A DNA stretch of 64,000 nt from Hypanus sabinus (lineage: Eukaryota): NCBI RefSeq assembly GCF_030144855.1, contig NC_082711.1:31186001-31250000 (forward strand), in the 5' to 3' direction. Each line of letters opens with the position of its first letter. The first letter of the stretch is position 1. Position numbers and translations under genes: made by a program. Of this stretch, positions 1 through 12,484 are shown piece after piece. The notes under the pieces are model-generated. The model searched no databases, was not told where the DNA came from, and saw only the letters and a list, made by a program, of their open reading frames with translations.

Positions 1-254
1 TAACGGAGGGAAGGGGCACCTTACACCACCTCGGGTAGATACGAATCTCCACCCTGCCACCCATAAAACAACACTGGTGGCCAAATAGAGAGGTCAGAGG
101 GGAAGTGATACATTGAATTAAAGTAACTGGTAACTGGAGTTCATCATCACCCTATCAGACTGCCTGAGAAAGCAACCACTCGACTGCATTTGATTCCTCC
201 ATATCGTGACGATCAAATGCAGTGCATCAAAATCGGAAGTGCTCCAAGAGAACT

Positions 255-458
255 ACAACATGGTCATAGGGTTTGGAGGCTTGCGTGCCTCAATGACCCG
301 GAGAGCTACGTTGGCCGGGATTAGGGCCTTGTGGGGTCACCCATGCCAAACAGGTCAAAGGGTAGAGGTCAGACAAAGAGTGGTCCATTGTTCCTCCAGG
401 TTCGAGGGTTCAACTCAGGGCTAACAACCCTGACTGGTCACAATTGTTATGGAACTAG
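255..458 (+). mobile_element. RTE/BovB-like 5' UTR-derived non-autonomous fragment
   Basis: ggcttgcgtgcctcaatgac...ggtcacccatgcc...gtggtcca...cctccaggtt...gggctaacaaccct resembles the 5' UTR of RTE-clade elements (from recall). Confidence 0.5.
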
Positions 459-729
459 CACTGCCCTAAATGCCAGCAGCGTAGCAGGCAGTAACTAAAC
501 CAGAAGTTCATATAAATCGCTGCCTCGCCTAGAAGGTCAGACTGGGGCCCTGATGGGAAGGTGCAGAAGAGCAGCTGCTGCCATTTCCTCCGGTTGCCTG
601 GGAGACAGGCTTGAGAAGGGGTCTGACCAATGGAGACGGAAGATTGGAACAAGACGTTGCAAAGGCATCAAACCCTTCATAATGCTGAAAGGAAATGAAT
701 GAGGGTGGGGCTGGTGGGGAATTCTGGTT

Positions 730-850
730 GGGTGGACAAGGATGCGAGAGCAAATGTGCAGGAAATTGAGGAAACATAGTTGACAGCCCTGTCAACTGTG
801 GTCCAGGGAAGCCCATAGTTAGGGATAAGAGAAGACATCTCAAAAAGGCA
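730..850 (-). mobile_element. Degenerate Penelope-like fragment
   Basis: Translation EMSSLIPNYGLPWTTVDRAVNYVSSISCTFAL resembles the Penelope region between the RT thumb and GIY-YIG. Confidence 0.5.
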
Positions 851-1049
851 GTGATGTGGAAAGTTGGCGTGAATACTGAAGTAGGCAGCCACATGACAGA
901 TAACATTTTAATGCAGACCACTAACAAAGTGCTACATTTGGGAGGAGAAAGAAGGCAGGCAAAGGAAATGGTGCCATTTGAAAGCAGCTACAGAAGCAGA
1001 TCTGCAGGGTGCTTGGTAGAACAAATTAAGCCTGTGGATAAAAATAATC

Positions 1050-1245
1050 GTTGCCTTCATTAATAGAGGAAGCAAGTATAAAGACAAATCACACTGAACC
1101 TTTATAAAACATTGGTTAGGCTGCAGCTGGAGTATTATGTCCGATTCTGGGCAGCACATTTTCACCAGGATGCCAAGACCTTGGGAAGGCAACGGAAAGG
1201 CTCAAGGATGTGGGACTTCAGTCAAGTGGAGAAACTGGAAACACA
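1050..1245 (+). mobile_element. Old CR1 LINE fragment
   Basis: ttggttaggctgcagctggagtattatgtccgattctgg corresponds to a decayed LVRPHLEYCVQFW motif. Confidence 0.7.
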
Positions 1246-1545
1246 GGAGCCAAACTCTTGAATTGCCTTAAGCTGAAGTACAACAGCTTACATAATTGTA
1301 TTCAAAAATGAGAAGAAGTGCTGGTTTGTTAACTCAAACTGCCATCAATACTGGCTTCAAGCTTGCATCCCCATCGATTCTGAGACAATATGCTGTTTAT
1401 CTCAAAATTGTTCATTTTTACTTATCACTTGTGCTTAAGCAGAAATCAGAGTTAAAAATAATTTGCAATGAAAACAGGACACCATACATTTACCTTTATG
1501 GCATTTTAATCAAGCTCATCTAAAATGTAGTTTATATAAGGTGTC

Positions 1546-1547
<2 letters not shown>

Positions 1548-1578
<31 letters not shown>
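1548..1578. repeat. (GA)n microsatellite
   Basis: About 15 perfect GA units. Confidence 0.95.
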
Positions 1579-1583
<5 letters not shown>

Positions 1584-2139
1584 AAGAGCTTTAGCACAAA
1601 TCCCATTGGCATTTTATATTTGAAATTTTCTGTCAGTGTTAAACCATCCAAAAAAGCTACCATCACATTTAGTAAACTTTATTTCACCACAACTCCAAAA
1701 CCAAACGGAGAAGTTGTCTTCCTGCCTTCAGGCCATGAAATTTTGGTTACACTCTCCAAGTGGGAACCTCCACCCATAGAGAAAGCCTCTTGAGACTGTA
1801 ACATTGAATCAGGTTCGCGAGTCTGGTGAGTGAGACAGAAAACATTGACTGCAAATAAGTATACTAATCATATATTTAAAAACAAAAATTCAACCAAACA
1901 TTCATGTTCCCTAAGTTACAGACAATGCCAAGCTGTATATTCAACAATCATAATTAATTAAAGCACGTGCAGAGCATACCTTCCCAACAGCTAAGTGCAC
2001 TGCTTGCCTTAGACAAAAGAAGAGAGCGCAAGCCCCTTCCACATGCTATTTTATACCTGGGACATTTGAAACTGGTCACCAGGCAGCTAATCAATGGGAA
2101 AAGCGGCTGGCAGTTTCTAAATGAACCAATCACAACAGA

Positions 2140-5091
2140 AGCAACATTTGACGAGCAGTATGCAGGGGACAGGGATCCACAATGCGAGAGAGGATAGCGA
2201 GATGAAGAATAAAGGACAGGTGTGGACTACACGGTTCTGGAATATTAAGTGTGTAGTAGGGAAAGGTGAGGAGGAACAAGTGATAAGGAGGACACATGTA
2301 CAGCGGGATGGTCTGACGGAACATGGAGTTAAACGTGCAGAAAGAATAAGTAAATTTAGGAAGGACAACAAAATTCAAGAGGCGTATAGCCCGATGGGAG
2401 TTCAGGGAGCAGGGTTAAGCACAATAGGCAGCGATTTAAACAGAGAGAGGAGAAATGGGCTAAAAATTCTATATCTGAATGCACGAAGTGTCAGAAATAA
2501 GGCGGATGAGCTTGAAGCTCAGCTGAAAATGGGTAACTATGAAGTTGTTGGGATAACGGAGACATGGCTGCAGGGAGATCAGACCTGGGAAATGAATGTA
2601 CAAGGGTATACGTGCTACCGTAGGGACAGAAATGTGGGCAGAGGGGTGGGGTGGCCCTGTTGGTGAAGAATGAGATTCAGCCCTTTGCAAGGGGGGAAGT
2701 GGGATCAGGAGAAGTAGAGTCTGTGTGGATAGAACTGAGGAACAGCTTGTACAAGAGCCGACCAGGGACAAGGCTATTCTGGATTTAATGTTGTGTAATG
2801 AACAGGATTTGATAAACGATCTTGAAGTAAAGGAGCCATTAGGAGCTAGTGACCATAATATGATGTTTTTATCTGCAATTTGAGAAGGATAAGGGCAGTT
2901 CGGAGGTGTTAGTGTTGCAGTTGAACAAAGGAGACTATGGAGCCATGAGGGAGGAGCTGGCCAAAGTTAACTGGATGGATATCCTAGCAGAAAAGACAGT
3001 GGAACAACAATGGCAGGTATTCTTGGGAATAATGCCCAAGGTGCAAAATCAGTTTATCCCCCAGAGAAGGAAGGATTCAAAGGGGGGAAAGGGGCCACAG
3101 TGGTTGACAAAGGAAGTCGGAGATTGCATAGCATTAAAAAAAAAAGGAAGTATGACAGAGCTAAGGTGAGTGGGAGGTCAGATGATTGGGAAGTTTTTAA
3201 GGAACAACAGAACTTAGCTAAAAAGGCAATACGGGGAGAAAAAACTGAGGTACGAATGCAAGCTAGCCAGGAATATAAGGAGGATGGCAAAAGCTTTTTT
3301 AGGTATGTGAAGAGAAAGAAGATAGTAAAGAACAATGTTGGGCCCTTGAAGAATGAATTGGGTGAAATTGTTATGGGAGACAGAGAAATGGCAGAGTTTA
3401 ATAAGTACTTTAGATCTGTCTTTACTAGGGAAGACACAAGCAATCTCCCAGATGTATGGATGGGCCAAGGACATAGGATAACAGAGGAAATGAAACAGAT
3501 TGACATTAGGAAGGAAACGGTGATGAGTAGACTGATGGGACTGAAGACTGACAAATCCCCAGGTCCAGACGGTCTGCATCCTAGGGTACTAAAGGAGGTA
3601 GCTCTGGAAATTGCGGATACATTGGTAATCATTTTCCAATGTCCCTTAGATTCAGGATCAGTTCCTGAGGATTGGAGAATGGCTAATGTTATCCCACTTT
3701 TTAAGAAAGGAGGGAGGGAGAAAACAGAGAACTATCGACCTGTCAGCCTAACATCAGTAGTGGGGAAGATGCTAGAGTCCATTATTAAGGATGAAATAGT
3801 GGCATATCTAGATAGCAGCAGTAGGATTGGGCCGAGCCAGCATGGATTTACCAAGGGCAAATCATGCTTGACTAAACTATTGGAGTTTTTCGAGGATGTA
3901 ACCAGGAAGTTAGACAGGGAGATCCAGTGGATGTAGTGTACCTTGATTTTCAGAAGGCATTTGATAAGGTCCTACATAGGAGATTGGTGGGTAAAATCAG
4001 AGCTCATGGCATTGGGGGGAAGATATTGACATGGATAGAAAACTGGTTGGCAGATAGAAAGCAAAGGGTAGCGGTGAATGGGTGTTTCTCGGAATGGCAG
4101 GTGGTGACTAGTGGGGTGCCACAGGGCTCGGCATTGGGACCACAGCTGTTTAAGATTTACATCAATGATTTAGATGAAGGCATTAAGAATGGCATCAACA
4201 AATTTGCTGATGATACTAAGCTGGGTGGCAGTGTGACATGTGATGAGGATGTTAGGAGAATTCAGGGTGACTTGGATAGGCTGGGTGAGTGGGCAGATAC
4301 TTGGCAGATGATGCTTAATGTGAATAAGTGTGACTTTGGGAGTAAGAACAGGAAGACAGATTATTATCTGAATGGTGTAGAGTTAGGTAAGGGAGCAATA
4401 CAAAGAGATCTAGGAGTCCTTGTTCATCAGTCACTGAAGGTGAATGAGCAAGTACAGCAGGCAGTGAAGAAGGCTAATGAAATGCTGGCCTTTATTACAA
4501 AGGGAATTGAGTACAAGAGCAAGGAAATCCTTTTGCATTTGTACAGGGTCCTGGTGAGACCACACCTGGAGTATTGTGTACAGTTTTGGTCTCCAGGGTT
4601 AAGGAAGGACATCCTGGCTATAGAGGAAGTGCAGTGTAGATTCACAAGGTTAATTCCTGGGATGTCCGGACTGTCTTAAGCAGAGAGGTTAGAGAGATTG
4701 GGCTTGTACACACTGGAATTAAGGAGATTGAGAGGGGATCTGATTGCAACATAGAAGATTATTAAGGGATTAGACAAGATAGAGGAAGGAAATATGTTCC
4801 AGATGCTGGGAGAGTCCAGTACCAGAGAGCATGGTTTGAGAATAAGGGGTAGATCATTTAGGACAGAGTTAAGGAAAAACTTCTCCCAGAGAGTTGTGGG
4901 GGTCTGGAATGCACTGGAGGCCAATTCTCTGGATGCTTTCAAGAAGGAGCTAGATAGGTATCTATAGGGGAATCAAGGGATATGGAGACAAGGCAGGAAC
5001 CAGGTATTGATAGTAGATGATCAGCCATGATCTCAGAATGGCGGTGCAGGCTCGAAGGGCCGTATGGTCTACTTCTGCAGCTATTGTCTAT
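2140..5091 (+). mobile_element. CR1 LINE (ORF2 APE endonuclease plus RT; frameshifted; internal deletion near 2745)
   Basis: Motifs YLNARSVRNK..GITETWL, KSPGPDG, QHGF, YLDFQKAFDKV, PQGS and KFADDTK; 3' tail gatcagccatgat...ctattgtctat. Confidence 0.95.
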
Positions 5092-5261
5092 TAGCCAAAG
5101 GGCAGAGACTAACAGTTTAGGAACAGCAAAATCCTTGAGAGATATGTCTAAAAGTCCATGTAGATTACATTAAGTAGTGGCAGACTTTAGTGGCTGAGAC
5201 ATAACGCCAACCTCAGAATTACCTACAAAAGACTGACTGAACTGTCCACTGTGCAGAGTAG

Positions 5262-8200
5262 ACCATAAGACAAAGGAGCAGAAGTCGGCCATTTGGCCCA
5301 TTGAGTCTGCTCAGCCATTTCATCCTGAGCTGATCCAATTTCCCCTTTAGTCCCATTTCCCCATCTTCTCACCATAATTTTTGATGCCCTGACTACTCAG
5401 ATACCTATCAATCTCTGCCTTAAATACACCCAATGACTTGGCCTCCACTGCCACCCATGACAACAAATTCCATAGGTACACCACCCTCTGGCTAAAAAAT
5501 TTTTTCGCATCTCTGTTCTGAATGGGCACCCTGCAATCCTCAAGTCATGTCCTCTTGTACTAGACTCCCCCACCATGGGAAACAACTTTGCCAAATCCAC
5601 TCTGTCCATGCCTTTCAACATCCAAAATGTTTCTATGAGGTCCCCCCTCATTCTTCTAAACTCCAAGGAGCACAGTCCAAGATTGGTGAAACGTTTCTCA
5701 TATGTTAACCCTCTCATTCCCAGTATCATTCCAGTGAATCTTCTCTGAACCCTCTCCAATGTCAGCACATCCTTTCTTAAATAAGGAGCCCAAAATTGTA
5801 CACAGTATTCCAAGTGAGGTCTTACCAGTGCCTTATAGAGCCTCAACATCACATCCCTGCTCCTATACTCTATTCCTCTAGAAATGAATTCCAACACTGC
5901 ATTCGCCTTCTTCACCACTGACTCAACCTGGACGTTTAAGGGTATCCTGCACGAGGACTCCCAAGTCCCATTGCGTCTCAGAACTTTGAATTCTCTCCCT
6001 ATTTAAATAATAGTCTGCCCATTTATTTCTTCTACCAAAGTGCACGACCGTACACTTCCCAACATTGTAATTCATTTGCCACTTCTTTGCCCATTCCCCC
6101 AATCTATCCAAGTCTCTCTGCAGACTCTCTGTTTCCTCAGCACTACCGGCCCCTCCACCTATCTTTATATCATCAGCAAACTTAGCCACAAAGCCATCGA
6201 TTTCATAATCAAAACTGTTGATATACAATGTAAAAAGAAGCGGCCCCAACACAGACCCCTGTGGAACGCCACTGGTAACTGGCAGCCAACCAGAATGGGA
6301 TCCCTTTATTCCCACTCTCTGTTTCCTGCCAATCAACCAACGCTCTATCCACGTATGTAACTTACCTGTAATTCCATGGGCTCTTATCTTATTTAGCAGC
6401 CTCATGTGCACCTTATCAAAGGCCTTCTGAAAATCCAAATACACAACATCCACTGCATCTCCCTTGTCTAGCCTACTTGTAATTTCCTCAAAAAATTGCA
6501 CTAGGTTTGTCAGGCAGGATTTTCCTTTAAGGAAACCATGCTAAGTTCTGCCCATTTTGTCATTTGCCTCCAGGTATTCCGTAACCTCATCCTTGACATC
6601 AACTCCAACAACTTCCCAACCACCGATGTCAAGCTAACAGGTCTATAATTTCCTTTTTGCTTCCTTGCCCCCTTCTTAAATAGAGGAGTGACATTTGCAA
6701 TCTTCCAGTCCTCCGGAACCAGGCCAGAATCTGTTGAAATATCATTGCTAATGCCTCCGCAATCTCCACAGCTACTTCCTTCAGAACACGAGGGTGTATT
6801 CCATCTGGTCCAGGAGATTTATCTACCCTTAGTCTATTCAGCTTCCTGAGTACTTTCTCTGTCGTAATTGTGACTGTGCATATTTCTCTTCCCTGGCATC
6901 CTTGAATGTCCAGTATATTGCTAATGTCTTCCTCAGTGAAGACTGATACAAAATACTCATTCAGTTCCTCCGCCATCTCCTTATCTCCCATTCCAATTTC
7001 TCCAGCATCATTTTCTATCGGTCCTATATCCACTCTCAGCTGTCTTTTACTCTTTATATACTTGAAAAAGCTTTTAGTATCCTCTTTGATATTATTTGCT
7101 AGCTTCCTTTCATAGTTCATCTTTTCTCTCTTAATGACCTTCTTAGTTTCCTTTTGTAAGCTTTTAAAAACTTCCCAATCCTCTCTCTTGCTTTGCTTTT
7201 ACTCTGGCTTTGACTTCTCTTGTCAGCCACAGTTGCATCCTTTTCCCATTCGAAAATTTCTTCTTCTTTGGACAATATCTGTCTTGCACCTTCCTCACTT
7301 CTTGCATAAACTCCAGCCACTGCTGCTCTGCCGTCCTTCCCGCTAGTGTCCCTTTCCAGTCAACCTTGGCTTGTTCCTCTCTCATGCCACTGTAATTTCC
7401 TTTACTCCACTGAAATACCAACTCATCGGATTTCAGCTTCTCTTTCTCAAGTTTCACAGTGAACTCAATCATGTTGTGATCACTGCCTCCTAAGGGTTCC
7501 TTCGCTTCCATCTCTCTAATCACCTCTGGTTCTTTACACAATACCCAATCCAGTACAGCCGATCCCCTAGTGGGCTCAACAACAAGCTGTTCTAAAAAGC
7601 CATCTCATAGACATTCTACAAATTCTCTCTCGAGATCCAGTGCTGACCTGATTTTCCCAATCCACTCGCATGTTAAAATCCCCCACAATTATCATAACAC
7701 TGCCCTTCTGGCAAGCCTTTTCCATTTCCTGTTGTAATTTGTAGTCCACACCACTGCAGCTGTTTGGAGGCCTGTAGATAACTGCCATCAGGGTCCTTTT
7801 ACCCCTGCGATTTCTTAGCTCAACCCATAAAGATTCTGTTCCTTCCAATCCTATGTCAACTCTTTTTAATGATTTAATATCATTTCTTACCATTAAAGTC
7901 ACACCATCCCCTCTACCTCCCTGCCTATCCTTCGGATACACCATGTGTCCTTGGACGTTCAGCTCCCAGAGACATGCATCCTTTAGCCACGTCTCAGTGA
8001 TGGCCACAATATCATACCTGCCAACCTGTAACTGTACAACAAGATCATCCACCTTATTCTTTATGCTGCGTGCACTTAAGTATAACACCTTAAGTCCAGT
8101 ATTTGGCACTTTTTGCATTGATTGCACTGCAACTCATCCCAATGGCTGCAAATTTGCTCCATCACTTGCCTGCCTGTCCTTCCTGATATCCTTACTGCTC

Positions 8201-8403
8201 ACTACCTTGGATCTATTTCTGTTTTCCCTCTGCTCCGCTCCATCATTCCGGTTCCCATCCCCCTGCCAAATTAGTTTAAACCCTCCCTAACAGCTCTGTT
8301 AAACCTCTCTGCCAGGATATTTGTCCCCCTAGGATTCAAGTGTAACCCGTCCTTTTTGTACAGGTCACACCTGCCCCAAAAGAAGTCCCAATGATCCAGA
8401 AAT
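5262..8403 (-). mobile_element. CR1 LINE (end of ORF1 to 3' end, degenerate)
   Basis: Minus-strand ORFs 7576-8127 (endonuclease), 6629-7120, 5923-6501 (RT, FADD) and 5397-5918; 3' tail at about 5262. Confidence 0.95.
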
Positions 8404-8439
8404 CATATCATTAGGGCTTCCATCTAGGACATTTATTCC

Positions 8440-8812
8440 CCAGAATGTAGATTAGTGAGAGGAGATTTGATAGAGGTATGCAAAATTACGGCGTGCCTAG
8501 AAGGGGTAAATGCAAGCGTGCTTTTCCACTGAGATTGGTTGAGGCGACAACTAGAGCTCATGGGTTAAGGGTGAAAGGTGAATTTTTTAAGAGTAATATG
8601 AGAGGAAACTTTTTCACTCAGAGAGTGTGGAATGAGCTGCCAGCACAAGTGGTCAGTGCAATTTCAATGTCAACGTTCAAGAGAAGTTGGATAGGTATTT
8701 GGATGGGAGGGGTATGGAGAGCTATCATCCGAGTGCAGGTCGATAGCACGGGGCAGTTCAGCACAGACTGGATGGGCCGGTTTCTGTGCTGTAGTTTTTC
8801 TATGACTCTATG
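8440..8812 (+). mobile_element. CR1 3' fragment
   Basis: TRAHGLRVKGE..RGNFFTQRVWNELP followed by a tatgactctatga tail. Confidence 0.85.
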
Positions 8813-10040
8813 ACATGTCCTCCATCTCAGGAAGGAAGCATAGGAGCCTGCAGACCTACACTCAATGATACAGGAACAAGTCCTCCATCTGATTTCTGAA
8901 GGGTCATGGACACGAACTCCTTTTTCCTTCCTTTGCACGAATTTAATTTGTAACGTTATATCTTTGCTCTGTACTGCTGCTGCAAACAAATTCCATGTCT
9001 AATTAGATCCTGTGATAAGGATAACTGCAGAAGCGAATAAGGAGAAGGGGAATTAGCAAAACTAAGAGTTAGACTCAAGGGTTGATGTGGAAATAGAAGC
9101 AATTTTTCTTTGGTTTTGGATGGAGCTACATCTTGAAACATATTGTGCTAGGGAAGAAAGGGGGGTTTGTAAGAGACCTCTGTTAATTAAATATTAAATG
9201 TCTCTAAAAACCATCCTGGAATATTTGATCAGGTATTGTCAGATTACTCTGAATAACATTAACTTTGTAATACCCTAGATAGGGATGAGATACGGACAGG
9301 ACCAACTGATATGATTAAGGAAAAGCAGAGACATTGATTAGATTAATACCTCTGTGGGGAAATGATTAAATAAGCAAATGATATCTGTTTTGTTTGATCC
9401 TGTATGTGCATTAAAAGTACATAAACATGGGGAAATAATGCTTGGGCGGACAGTCACAGAGACATTCTGAACTATTCTCCTGAGCTATCAATCCTGCGCT
9501 TCTCTCAACTCCTGTGATCTTTATAAATGACTTGGATGAAGATGAGTTAGTAGGCTTGCAGATGGCAGATGACGGAAAGGTTGGTGGTGTTGTGGATAGT
9601 GCAGGACATTGTTGAGGATTACAATGGGACATTGATAGGGTGCAGAGCTGGGCTGAAAAGTGGCAGATAGAGTTCAACCCTGAAAAGTGTGAATTGATTC
9701 ACTTTGGAAGGTCACGTTTGAAGGCAGAGTACAGGGTTAATGGCAGGAATCTTACCAGTGTGGCGGGACACAGAGATCTTGAGGTCCATGCCCACAGATC
9801 CCTCAAGGTTGCCGTACAAGTCAATAGATTTGTCAAGAAGGCATACAGTATGTTGGCTTTCATTCATCGGAGGAATGAGTTCAAGATCCCCAACATAATG
9901 TTGCAGCCCTATAAAACCCTGGTTAGATCACACTTGGAAGTTTGTGTTCAGTTCTGGTCATCACATTATAGGTAGGGTGTGGAAGCTTTAGAGAAGGTGA
10001 AGTGGAGATTTATCTGGATGAGAGAATATGTTTTATGGGA

Positions 10041-10323
10041 ACATAAGAGCATAAGAAATAGAAGCAGGAGTAGGCTATCTGGCCTGGCAAGCCTGTCTGC
10101 CATTAAATAAGATCATGGCTGATCTGGCCATGGACTCATCTCCACCTACCTGCCTTTTCCTCAGAACCCTTAATTCCCCTACTGTGCAAAAATCTACCAA
10201 ACCTTGTCTTAAATAGCCTCCACTGTTTCATTGGGCAGAGAATTCCACAGGTTCACCATTCACTGGGAAAAGCAGTTCTTCCTCATCCCCAACCTAAATT
10301 TATTCTCCCAAATCTTGAGGCTA
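10041..10323 (-). mobile_element. CR1 3' end inserted in an older CR1
   Basis: acataag..ataagaaatagaagcaggagtaggc is a reverse-complemented CR1 tail. Confidence 0.85.
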
Positions 10324-10856
10324 CTAAGGGTGATTGATAAGTTCGTGGCCTAGGGTAGAAGGAGTCAATTTTAGAAACCTGGCACATTTATTTTTCAACA
10401 TAGTTCCCCTCCTACACTTACACACTTAGTCCAGAGGTCATGGAGCGTACGGATCCCTTCTTTGTAGAAGTCGGCGTCTTGGACCTCCAGAAGTGGTCCA
10501 CAGCAGGGGTGATTTATAAGTTTGTGGCCTAAGGTAGAAGGAGATGAGTTATACAGCTCTTCTTACATGCACGTGCAGTTCAACTCTTTGAGTGATTATG
10601 CAGAAAGTTTGAAGTTAATAACTTTTGTGGTATTTCTGTTTCAGATAATTGAAAATTGCAAGTAAGCACTGTCTGAGAAAATGGACAACATCGGCCTTTG
10701 TGCAGTCATCTGCCACCTCGGTCTCAAGGGCTTCTCACCCAAGGAGGTCCACGAGGACATGGTGGCAACACCAGGGGAGGGTGAAAAATAAATGTGCTAA
10801 GTTTTCGAAAATTGGCTCCTTATACCTTAGGCCATGAATTTATCAATCACCCCTCG
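10324..10856. mobile_element. Non-autonomous mariner derivative with TA TSD
   Basis: Ends ta|ctaagggtgattgataagttcgtggcctagggta and taccttaggccatgaatttatcaatcacccctcg|ta. Transposase remnants: MDNIGLCAVICHLGLKGFSPKEVHEDMVAT (+, from 10681) and DADFYKEGIRTLHDLWTKCV (-, about 10420-10480). Confidence 0.9.
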
Positions 10857-12082
10857 TATGTTGAGGGAATAGGTTGAGTGAGGTAGGCTTTTCTTTTTGG
10901 AGCAAAGGAGGATGAGGGGTGACTTGATAGAAGTGTACATGATGATAAGGGGCATAGACCGAGTGGACAGCCAGAGACCTTTTCCCTTGGGTGGAAACGG
11001 CTAATATGAGGGGATATAATTTTAAGGTGACCAGAGGAAAGTATGGGGGAGATGCCAGAGATTAGTCTTTTTTCATGGAGAGTGGTGAGTGCAAGGTATA
11101 TGCTGCTAAGGGTGATGGTAGAGGCAAATACATCAGGGCCATTTAAGTGACTCTTTGATAGATGCATTATTGATAGAAAAATGGAGGGCTATATGGAAGG
11201 GAAGTGTTAGAGAGATCTTACAGCTGGCACAACATCATGGGCCGATAGCCTGCACTGTGTTGTGTTTTAGTCTGAACACCTTGATTTTATTTTGCCTCTA
11301 CAATAAGCATGGTCTCATCGAACCCCTTATGCCCACTGACAACTGGGAAAGACACCACCTATAAAGGAGCAGGAGTAGACTAGACAGTGACTGAATTTTT
11401 CTAAAATAGGTGGTTACGGGTTCCAATCCATTCCAGAAACCAACACTACAATGTTATAGTCTTTAGCAGTTAAACTGATAAGAGGGTCACTTGCCAAGAT
11501 AGGCAAATATTCAATGTATCATAAAAAGAACAAAGCTCCACAAATTCAATTTTTTAAAACATTCAGATGCTGCATATCTGAAACAAAAATCGTTAGAAAT
11601 CCCAGGTCAGAGAGAACCTGTAGAGAGAGAAACAACTAACTTTTCAGATATTTTATTCACAAACCACACGTTGCCAATTATTAGGCTGTAGGGATAAATT
11701 TAAAAACAAGGTTTTTAGAAAGCAGCATTTATTTTTATATACCTCTGACATTATTTTACAACCATCTTTGATTAATATTTATTCAAATAATTGTAACATT
11801 TCAACTTCCTGAAAAATATATTCTTTCTAAGTAGAAAGACTAATCTTAAGTAATGGACAAATATTCTGGTGTTACTAAGAAATAATACTTACAGTATAAT
11901 ACTGGCACAGGCAGTGAATGGTGCTACGTTATGATAGTAAGGAAAATATAGACTTAATTAGATAAAACATTTTGACATTTGCATCATCTCAAAAGCCCTC
12001 TTTCAAGATGGCTACAATATCATTGTTACAAGACAAAGATATTTTTTTAAAACTTTAAATATCTATTTATTGTATATAACCA

Positions 12083-12240
12083 GATAACAATTACAGCACG
12101 GAAACAGGCCATCTCGGCCCTTCTAGTCCATGCCGAACGCTTACACTCACTTAGTCCCACCAACCTGCACTCAACCCATAACCCTCCATTCCTTTCTTGT
12201 CCATATACCTATCCAATTTTTTTAAATGACAAAATTGAAC
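12083..12240 (-). mobile_element. CR1 3' end
   Basis: acagcacggaaacaggccatctcggcccttctagtcc is a reverse-complemented CR1-type tail. Confidence 0.75.
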
Positions 12241-12484
12241 ATGTTGCAAATGTAAAAAAGTATCTTCCTGCAGTTTGTATTGGATGTTAATGTGAAAAAT
12301 ATCCTTGAATAGCACAGACTTTGAACATCAAACCATGATAACACTTTTCAGCGAGGATTATATGAAAAATGGGAGTGGTTTGCAAACATTGATAACAACT
12401 AACACATCTCATCTGTCCAGCAAACTACATGAAACTCTCTCCACTAAAGTTTATGCGTGCGTTATTCATAATGCAACATGAAGA

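Larger units (their letters stand above)
9515..11270 (+). mobile_element. CR1 fragment split by nested insertions (9515-10040 and about 10862-11270)
   Basis: ORF 9640-9975 has WAEKWQIEFNPEKC. The sequence resumes colinearly at gggaataggttgagtgag after about 820 bp of inserts. Confidence 0.85.

Noticed and set aside
3010-4679. Longest ORFs (308 and 250 aa) as host genes or an active retroelement
   Set aside because: They are frameshifted pieces of CR1 ORF2, with stops and an endonuclease deletion.
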